Shown here: positions 8,449-14,053 of the stretch, piece by piece
Position numbering within the stretch: position 1 is the stretch's first letter
Layout of the letters: each line of letters begins with the position of its first letter
Virus record (IMG/VR): IMGVR_UViG_2571042438_000008
Length of the DNA stretch: 47,797 bases
Direction: 5' to 3' (one strand)
From: a virus
Taxonomy: Duplodnaviria; Heunggongvirae; Uroviricota; Caudoviricetes
The notes under the pieces: model-generated
Databases searched by the model: none
Seen by the model: the letters and a program-made list of their open reading frames with translations, nothing else
Told to the model about the DNA's origin: nothing
Made by a program: the position numbers and the translations under genes

Positions 8449-8829
8449 ATGAGCATGATTAAAATCCGCAAAAACGCTTTCCTTAAAATTCAAACTATCC
8501 TGGCTGGTTCTGTCGGCGTGATTTGCCGTTCTTCTTCAAGCCGCATCGATGACGGCTACGATGATGAGTATCGTGTGTCCTCGTGCGATGAGGCTTTAAC
8601 CTGGCTGAAGGAGAATCAGGAACGTGCCCAGGTATATCTGGAAACAGAGAACGGCAATCAGATGCTGCGTATTAGCGGTCGTTATGGATTTGAAACTACA
8701 TTCATGGCCTATTTTAATCAGGCTTACTTTGACAAGGAGCTGGCCTGGTACACTGACCGCATGAGCAAAAGCGAGCCAGCCCCGATTACACCGCCGAACA
8801 ATAAACCATTTTTATTCCTCGTTAAGTAA
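8449..8829 (+). CDS. Hypothetical protein (first gene behind cassette copy 1)
   Basis: 126-aa ORF starting 8 nt after the cassette GGAGA. I recognise no family. Confidence 0.6.
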   Translation: MSMIKIRKNAFLKIQTILAGSVGVICRSSSSRIDDGYDDEYRVSSCDEALTWLKENQERAQVYLETENGNQMLRISGRYGFETTFMAYFNQAYFDKELAWYTDRMSKSEPAPITPPNNKPFLFLVK

Positions 8830-8837
8830 ACACAATG

Positions 8838-8864
8838 CGCAAAGTGTCATTTTGACACTTTGCG
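8838..8864 (+). terminator. 11-bp perfect hairpin (possible terminator or RNA stabiliser)
   Basis: CGCAAAGTGTC-ATTTT-GACACTTTGCG directly after the 8829 stop. The U-tract is weak. Confidence 0.45.
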
Positions 8865-8892
8865 AGTGTTAATATTGTTCGAGGAGGATGCT

Positions 8893-9166
8893 ATGACGGG
8901 TTATGAATTGAAATTATGGCGTCGTGGGATGAATTGGACGCAGGAGCGAGCCGCTGAAGAGTTTGGGATATCGTTGGCTACATATAAGCGATATGAGAAG
9001 GGTGAGCCGCCGAGGGGGCATTGAGATGGCCATTCGCGTTCTGTCGTTTGACGATATGGTTAAGGATCTTTCACACCTTGATAAAGATGCGATTCTGTTA
9101 AGGCTGCAAACCCTTGTATGGGAAAAGGTTAAAGTGTCGTCAGAATTGGAACAAGGGATCAAATGA
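8893..9166 (+). pseudogene. XRE-family HTH gene interrupted by a frameshift at a G5 run (9014-9018)
   Basis: A GAGGAGGA Shine-Dalgarno precedes ATG 8893. Frame 1 reads MTGYELKLWRRGMNWTQERAAEEFGISLATYKRYEKGEPPRGH and stops at 9024. Removing one G gives ..EPPRGIEMAIRVLSFDDMVKDL.., which continues to 9166 (about 91 aa). Confidence 0.6.
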
Positions 9167-9215
9167 TCCTTTACGGATCGTTTTATGGTGGTGTAATGTA
9201 AGCGCCAGAAAGACA

Positions 9216-9239
9216 AAAACCGCCTTGCCGGGCGGTTTT
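9216..9239. terminator. Bidirectional rho-independent terminator
   Basis: AAAACCGCC-TTGCCG-GGCGGTTTT, with A/T runs on both sides. Confidence 0.7.
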
Positions 9240-9776
9240 CAGTCTGAAATTTAAATCTTGCTTGGTAGGCTGGATTTAAAAAGACACCTCTTGATTGGGG
9301 CGGCTTTCTTGCGTCTAAAGATAATCAAATCTTTTTGCGCCTGCAACCCCTTTTTTACTGGTGCCCATTTCAGACTCACGCTCGCGTCGTTGTCTTTGCC
9401 ACTTCGTTGGGTTCGGTGTTTTTGGGCGAAGTGGCGCGCGGGTATGCGTACAAGGGGAAAGTGTGCTGACGCAAGCCAGGAACAGCGATCTAAACTAAGT
9501 CGAGTCTGAGAAAGGCAGGAGTGCGACAACTCGCCTGTGCTCTATGAGCAGAAGAAGGTATATCAGACGACCAATGGCATGATTGTGGGCCACAGGGCGC
9601 ACACGGCGGCGAAGCATTGGAAACGATGTGGAGCTATCTGGTGGCATGAGTTCCGGTACTCGATCTCGAGCTTTTTTTGATGCTTTTGAGAAGGGGCCGG
9701 AACTCCGGTAAAGGGCACCCTGTATGGGGGGAGGGGGGGTTGTGTCTGAAGGGTGGCTATCGGTTATGGTGGAATT

Positions 9777-9965
9777 ATGATGCGTAGAAAAGCGAGTTTG
9801 CTGCAAGCTATTGGGTCCATTATTTCTTTGTTTCCGGCAGTTGATCATTTTCGTCATATGGCGACACGTTCGAGTATGGGCTTGGCGCGTGACGCTGACG
9901 CTATTCGAAAGGATTTTCAGAAAGTCTCTGGTGTTGATAAGAGAGAAAAGAGTAAGGGGCCGTAG
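9777..9965 (+). CDS. Small hypothetical protein (62 aa; ORF open from 9753)
   Basis: MMRRKASLLQAIGSIISLFPAVDHFRHMATRSSMGLARDADAIRKDFQKV.. is not low-complexity. GGTGGA lies upstream of ATG 9777. The ORF ends inside a GC hairpin. Confidence 0.35.
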   Translation: MMRRKASLLQAIGSIISLFPAVDHFRHMATRSSMGLARDADAIRKDFQKVSGVDKREKSKGP

Positions 9966-9971
9966 CCCCTT
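9954..9971 (-). terminator. GC hairpin after the antirepressor gene stop
   Basis: AAGGGGC-CGTA-GCCCCTT. On the minus strand it is followed by a pyrimidine/U-rich tract. Confidence 0.45.
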
Positions 9972-9975
9972 GTAG

Positions 9976-11175
9976 TTATGGTCTGCTTTTCTGTGCCAGC
10001 TTATCAGCACATGTTTTTATCAGATCCTGTAGTGTCCTGGCTGGCAGGTTTGCATCCAGTACGCTGAGTATGCTGTTGTGATCTGCTTGGTCGACTACTT
10101 TGCCTGTCGGTGGTAGTAGCTTGAGCTGAGGATTCAGGTTTTCGTCAAAGCTGATAAGTGCTCTGGCGTTTCTGAGCAGATCAAGAAGTAAGGCTGATAT
10201 CACATTTTCCTGAGTCATTGCTGGCAGACTTAGCGCCGCTTTGGTTTTCCCTGTTGCCTTGTCAAACTCCTTGATTAGTTCCTTCCTGTAGTTCGGTTCC
10301 GTTAATAGCCGATTATGCTCTGTTGCCGCGCGGATAATCGTTTTTTCCTGGTATAGTCGTTTAGCCAGATCACGCTCGTACTGTGTTTTTAACACGCTGC
10401 TGATAGCGTTAAAGGCTTCAATGTAGGCCAGCTTGATATCTTTCACGCCTGGACCGTCGATGCTCTCCATGAGCAAGGTAAATCCGTCTTTTGTCATGCG
10501 ATAGATTGTTATTTCGCGGTCGCTTCCTTCCAGCGGTCGTTGCTCTTTAAAGAAGTGACGCGCCGCAGCCGTGCGAGGAATGCGTAGCGCATCGATGGCC
10601 ATAACGATGGAATTGTTTGTGGTGCTGAATGCCTGGGCAACATCGGCTGAGGTTGTGAGTGGCTCGTTGTTGCACACTTTAATGTAAAACATCGGTTTGG
10701 CGTTGAGCGTATCGACAACCTCACGAGCATTGCTTGGCGAGACGGTTACGGTCGCGGCCGTTTGCGCGTTCCGGCTGAAATAGCAGTCTTCCAGCCGTTC
10801 GAACACATCCCACGCTTGGTTAGTTTCAAGCATTTTGGCGTGACGTGCAGCCCCGCGTTCTGTCCAGAGAATGAGGGAGCGGGCTTTCGGGGAAATTTGT
10901 AACCCTCTTAAAGATGGTTGCACATTTTGTGAGTTACTTAAAGTAACCCGCAAATTTTGTGAGTGACTTAAAGTCACTCGCAAAGTTTTTAACTCATCGC
11001 CAGCCACTTTGAAAAAATGCTTTCCTTCAATAAAGCGGTTTGCGTTACGTGAGTAATTTTTTTTGATGTTATCAACGTCTGTGCCGTATAGCTTTGCCAG
11101 TAGTTCAGTAGTGATAACGGGGATCTGGTTATGCAGGATAGGCTGTAGGGTGTTAACGGTCGGAAGCGTTTTCAT
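9976..11175 (-). CDS. ant: Antirepressor-like protein (N-terminal ORF6N/KilA-N-like domain + Rha-like domain)
   Basis: The N-terminus IPVITTELLAKLYGTDVDNIKKNYSRNANRFIEGKHFFKV...ILWTERGAARHAKMLETNQAWDVFERLEDCYF is ORF6N-type. The middle EPLTTSADVAQAF..IYRMTKDGFTLLMESIDGPGVKDIKLAYIEAFN is Rha-type. The start overlaps the upstream ORF stop (ATGA). Confidence 0.8.
   Translation of the reverse strand: MKTLPTVNTLQPILHNQIPVITTELLAKLYGTDVDNIKKNYSRNANRFIEGKHFFKVAGDELKTLRVTLSHSQNLRVTLSNSQNVQPSLRGLQISPKARSLILWTERGAARHAKMLETNQAWDVFERLEDCYFSRNAQTAATVTVSPSNAREVVDTLNAKPMFYIKVCNNEPLTTSADVAQAFSTTNNSIVMAIDALRIPRTAAARHFFKEQRPLEGSDREITIYRMTKDGFTLLMESIDGPGVKDIKLAYIEAFNAISSVLKTQYERDLAKRLYQEKTIIRAATEHNRLLTEPNYRKELIKEFDKATGKTKAALSLPAMTQENVISALLLDLLRNARALISFDENLNPQLKLLPPTGKVVDQADHNSILSVLDANLPARTLQDLIKTCADKLAQKSRP
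10921..10980. repeat. Two tandem 30-bp repeats inside ant, each holding a 5-bp-arm palindrome (GTTAC-TTAAA-GTAAC / GTGAC-TTAAA-GTCAC)
   Basis: 10921-10950 and 10951-10980 differ at 4 positions. Two of those differences are compensatory (T:A to G:C) and preserve the palindrome. Confidence 0.8.
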
Positions 11176-11399
11176 TTTGCACCTCCCATAACTACTTTGG
11201 TTACGAGGGAGATTTTTGCGTCAGAAACAGCGTTATCGTTGCTGGCGATGCGCATAGCTTCGCGCTCGATGATTTCAGTCAGGCGGAATTTATCGGCGTA
11301 TGAGGCTTTCTTGAGAAGGATCTTTACGAGGTTGACGTAATAGTCATGGGGTAGGTTTGTCATTGTGATATCTCCAGTATATGGAACTATCACCGCCAT
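11172..11399 (-). CDS. Small protein translationally coupled to ant (position equivalent to P1 icd); alternative start ATG 11363 with a GGAG Shine-Dalgarno
   Basis: 75-aa ORF (63 aa from 11363). Its stop overlaps the ant start codon. I make no family call. Confidence 0.55.
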   Translation of the reverse strand: MAVIVPYTGDITMTNLPHDYYVNLVKILLKKASYADKFRLTEIIEREAMRIASNDNAVSDAKISLVTKVVMGGAK

Positions 11400-11413
11400 T
11401 CGAGGCTAATCAA

Positions 11414-11497
11414 ATGGTGGTGAGCCGTACAGGGTTAGCCTTACCGGACACAATGACGAACCGGCGCGGATTTCTCCGCCCCTGTACGACCCACCAT
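11414..11497 (-). ncRNA. Candidate structured regulatory RNA (c4-like) in the ant operon leader
   Basis: An 84-nt three-way structure. The outer stem is ATGGTGG/CCACCAT (7 bp), the second stem GTACAGGG/CCCTGTAC (8 bp), and the inner hairpins are GCGGA-TTTC-TCCGC (11466-11479) and CCGG..CCGG (11444-11464). The loop segment AGGCUAA (minus-strand RNA) is complementary to UUAGCCU, which occurs in two flanking direct repeats GAUUAGCCUC (11402-11411 and 11567-11576). Confidence 0.35.
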
Positions 11498-11525
11498 AAT
11501 TTGGGCGTAACAGTGCTCTACGCAT

Positions 11526-11545
11526 AAAAAAACCGCTAACGCGGT
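11526..11545 (-). terminator. Rho-independent terminator (minus strand) inside the ant leader
   Basis: On the minus strand ACCGC-GTTA-GCGGT is followed by T7. Confidence 0.65.
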
Positions 11546-11658
11546 ATGCGCCATCGTGTTATTCAGGAGGCTAATCCCGGCCGTAGATTTTGCTACGGCT
11601 CGGAAAGTGTCCACCAATGGCGCATTTATGTCAATACGGCGGGATTTTAACAGAGACA

Positions 11659-11673
11659 ACCACATAGCGTGGG
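11659..11673. promoter_or_regulatory. Near-perfect operator-like palindrome ACCAC-ATAGC-GTGGG in the ant leader
   Basis: 9/10 match to the ACCAC-N5-GTGGT family. It lies beside a minus-strand TAAAAT -10-like hexamer. Confidence 0.4.
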
Positions 11674-11691
11674 TTTATTGGTAGGCAGAAA

Positions 11692-11807
11692 CAAAAAAAC
11701 CGCCCTATTGAGGACGGTTCTTTCGTGCTGATCGGATTCGCGGTCCTTTCAGCATTACGTTGTTGTATAAACAACCACGCAAGCACAAGCAGCAAGTTAA
11801 TTTTACC
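11692..11807 (-). ncRNA. Candidate ~115-nt sRNA (promoter TTGAAG-N16-TATTAC, internal hairpin, strong terminator)
   Basis: Minus-strand features: -35 at 11836-11841 and -10 at 11814-11819; 5-prime region ..ACUUGCUGCUUGUGCUUGCG..; hairpin GTTGTT-TATA-CAACAAC; terminator AACCGUCC-UCAAUA-GGGCGGUU plus U7 (11692-11719). Nucleotides 11779-11793 are the exact complement of plus-strand 12037-12051. Confidence 0.45.
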
Positions 11808-12116
11808 CAAAAGGTAATAATAGTCCACTATTATGCTTCAAAAAATTGTGGTTCTTGTTGTGCCTGCAAACTCACAGATTGTGGGTAGGTTACTGATTTT
11901 GTGAAAATAAACGAGTTTTTTCGTTTAATTTCTTTCCTATTACTAATCTTAAAATAATCGTAAAATACCTGTGGACCTTCCCGCCGATTCGCACCCGGGC
12001 ACCGACTTTAGGGGAGGATTCTCCGTTGCCGTACATGCAAGCACAAGCAGCCGTGCTTGCTCTCGCGTTGTTTTCGTCGGTGGGGATGCCGTGAAACGGC
12101 CTGTAAGGGCCATACA

Positions 12117-12239
12117 ATGAAAAAATACTGTATGTGTATTTTTATCGTTGTTACTGGGGCTTTGTTTACGCCACATGGGGAGGGTTGGAAGATTACTGAT
12201 AACGCTCTGAATGTGACGATAAACATTAGCAGCAAGTAG
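12117..12239 (+). CDS. Small hydrophobic peptide (40 aa), candidate type I toxin or small membrane/secreted protein
   Basis: MKKYCMCIFIVVTGALFTPHGEGWKITDNALNVTINISSK. A strong plus-strand terminator follows immediately. A TAAAAT -10-like hexamer at 11961-11966 would give a ~145-nt structured 5-prime UTR. The Shine-Dalgarno is weak. Confidence 0.4.
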   Translation: MKKYCMCIFIVVTGALFTPHGEGWKITDNALNVTINISSK

Positions 12240-12244
12240 CGATT

Positions 12245-12268
12245 AGGCCCCTTCGGGGGCCTTTTTTT
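12245..12268 (+). terminator. Rho-independent terminator (plus strand)
   Basis: AGGCCCC-TTCG-GGGGCCT followed by T7. Confidence 0.8.
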
Positions 12269-12278
12269 ATGGCTGAAT

Positions 12279-12428
12279 TTAAACGCTGGAGCGCATTAAG
12301 CCTTTCAGAACTGCTTCACGTACCCATTCTGGCCTGGTGGATAGCAGGGCAAATAAGCAGCCAGCTTGCAGCCGTTTGAGGTCGGTTAGACGAGTTTTCA
12401 GTAACCGTGTATATTGTTGCTCGGACAT
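12279..12428 (-). CDS. Small hypothetical protein (49 aa from ATG 12428)
   Basis: AAGGGGA Shine-Dalgarno 8 nt upstream. It is the last gene of the par operon direction. Confidence 0.4.
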   Translation of the reverse strand: MSEQQYTRLLKTRLTDLKRLQAGCLFALLSTRPEWVREAVLKGLMRSSV

Positions 12429-12490
12429 AACAAATTCCCCTTGTTGTGTCGCGACGGCCAACAGTTGGCGCTGGAGGCCGTCACCTTCTC

Positions 12491-12739
12491 TTACTTCTGG
12501 TTGTATTGAGCCTTGAGTAACTCAAAAGACTTTGTCAGCACTTCTTTCAATGACATATCCATTGAGCTGGCGAACGTTTTGTACTCGCGTTTAAATTCAG
12601 GGTCGACGTTAAACGCCATTTGTGCCCCACCTGATTTGGTTCTGGTTGGCGTTTCAGTCGGGTCGAAAACCTGCGGTTGTTCGATCGATGGCGGTACGCC
12701 TTTGCTGTTCTTCTTTGGTGGTTTTGATGGTGCGGCCAT
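12491..12739 (-). CDS. Small partition/centromere-binding protein, ParG/omega-like (disordered N-terminal tail + RHH-like C-terminus)
   Basis: 82 aa, directly downstream of parA. The C-terminus MAFNVDPEFKREYKTFASSMDMSLKEVLTKSFELLKAQ has a beta-alpha-alpha pattern. Its size and position fit type Ib par systems. Confidence 0.6.
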   Translation of the reverse strand: MAAPSKPPKKNSKGVPPSIEQPQVFDPTETPTRTKSGGAQMAFNVDPEFKREYKTFASSMDMSLKEVLTKSFELLKAQYNQK

Positions 12740-12751
12740 GTGTATCCCCTC

Positions 12752-12786
12752 TTATATAAATCTATAAAACTATAATTATATATTAT
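12752..12786. repeat. AT box (TTATATAAATCTATAAAACTATAATTATATATTAT) between parA and the parG-like gene
   Basis: Member of the dispersed AT-box family built from TATAATTATA and ATAAATCTATA words. Confidence 0.7.
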
Positions 12787-13451
12787 GCGGCAGTAGTCAG
12801 AGCCTCAAGCTGGTTGATAATCCCCTGAATAACGTCGTCTGCCTTTTTGCGTGGCGCAACGTATGAGCACTCAATGAGGCTTAAGCCCTTATCCTGAGCT
12901 TTGCTCAGAGCTGGCTTGTGGGGAATGTACTTATCGACAACAAAGTATGGCGTATTAGCCAGGTACTCTTGGGCTTCAATATAGTCAGCTTCGTTTTCAG
13001 CCGCGCCGGAAAACACCATGCAAATTTTCTTGATTGGTACACCCTTTTTAACGATGCCGTGAGCAGTGTTAACGGTGGTTTCCAGGTCATCGGTAGAGAA
13101 TCGGGTTGGCAAAATAACCATATCCAGAAATTCAGATAGCTTCGGTACTGATTCAGATGCGTAGGCACCGCCATCGACGATAACCAGGTCGTATACTTCT
13201 GATTCGATGATTTTCTGGACTTGTGATGGTGTGCCGCACGGCTGCGCCGCGATTGCTGGTTCGATATTGTTGGCCATTCTGCGTTGTACCCAACGCGTTA
13301 CCGTTCCGTTAAGCACATCCATATCGATCAGGCATACATTCCAGCCAGCCTTTGCATAAGCAACTGCTAAAGCACGGGCAATTGTTGATTTGGTTACGCC
13401 GCCTTTTCCGTTGAAAATACCTACAGAGATAGTCATTTGTCGAGGCTCCAT
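12783..13451 (-). CDS. parA: Partition ATPase ParA (type Ib, deviant Walker A)
   Basis: GKGGVTKST Walker A box. 222 aa with no N-terminal HTH extension. Confidence 0.9.
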   Translation of the reverse strand: MEPRQMTISVGIFNGKGGVTKSTIARALAVAYAKAGWNVCLIDMDVLNGTVTRWVQRRMANNIEPAIAAQPCGTPSQVQKIIESEVYDLVIVDGGAYASESVPKLSEFLDMVILPTRFSTDDLETTVNTAHGIVKKGVPIKKICMVFSGAAENEADYIEAQEYLANTPYFVVDKYIPHKPALSKAQDKGLSLIECSYVAPRKKADDVIQGIINQLEALTTAA

Positions 13452-13459
13452 GTGTTTGG

Positions 13460-13491
13460 TTATATAATTCTATAAATCTATATTTATAGAA
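13460..13491. repeat. AT box upstream of parA (TATATAATTCTATAAATCTATATTTATAGA)
   Basis: AT-box family member. Candidate centromere/operator. Confidence 0.7.
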
Positions 13492-13530
13492 CGAGGTAAG
13501 CATAACCAACTTTTTGGCTGATGAAAAGCG

Positions 13531-13565
13531 TTTTATATAATTATATAAATCTATAATCATATAAG
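13531..13565. repeat. AT box upstream of parA (TTTTATATAATTATATAAATCTATAATCATATAA)
   Basis: AT-box family member. Candidate centromere/operator. Confidence 0.7.
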
Positions 13566-13586
13566 CGGGCGTTAGCCCGCTTGCAG

Positions 13587-13961
13587 TCAGAGGTCAGCTA
13601 TCGTTGATATCAGTTGATTTGCTAGCTGTCGCTGTTTACGTGAGAGGGTTAGAGCAGCTTCTGAGCGGTCGCTAAGAGGGGGGGTTTCATCAAGAATCAT
13701 GAGGCATACAGAAATAATAGCCCTGTTATATGCCATCAATGGCTGGCACAGCTTCGATACCGCTGGCACATCGTATTGTAAGGCCGTTTTGAGGCAGACT
13801 TTTTGTTCTGATGCCAGATGAAGGATAGATTCTATCCAGTCGATATCTTTCTCATTATCAATGATTTGGCATAACATACACTCAATCGCTATGTTCAACG
13901 CTTGGATTTCGATTCCAGCAGTGATCAGAGTTTCGTTTTTATTGGCTGTATGTAATTCCAT
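13587..13961 (-). CDS. Hypothetical protein
   Basis: 124-aa ORF between cI and the par locus, with an AAGAGG Shine-Dalgarno. Confidence 0.6.
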   Translation of the reverse strand: MELHTANKNETLITAGIEIQALNIAIECMLCQIIDNEKDIDWIESILHLASEQKVCLKTALQYDVPAVSKLCQPLMAYNRAIISVCLMILDETPPLSDRSEAALTLSRKQRQLANQLISTIADL

Positions 13962-13996
13962 GCGTAGCCTCTTTTATACTTTTACATGTTGTCAAA

Positions 13997-14011
13997 ACCA
14001 CAAAATGTGGT
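13997..14011. promoter_or_regulatory. Perfect ACCAC-AAAAT-GTGGT palindrome
   Basis: Located between the cI stop and the next minus-strand gene, overlapping a TTGACA hexamer. Confidence 0.5.
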
Positions 14012-14053
14012 TTTTTTGAGCGTAGAAATGCACGGCTTTCGCCGTGCTGTGTA

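Noticed and set aside
9495-10010. 171-aa minus-strand ORF, plus the 83-92-aa ORFs at 9251-9529
   Set aside because: They are mutually overlapping and low-complexity (Arg/Ser/Pro/Leu-rich), and the first overlaps the ant stop and its hairpin. I treated the region as non-coding (see finding).
11890-12235. Three overlapping 75-aa minus-strand ORFs and the 60-aa plus ORF from 12057
   Set aside because: They overlap one another in different frames across a hairpin-rich region. Only the terminal 40 codons of the plus-strand frame (from ATG 12117) look like a plausible peptide.
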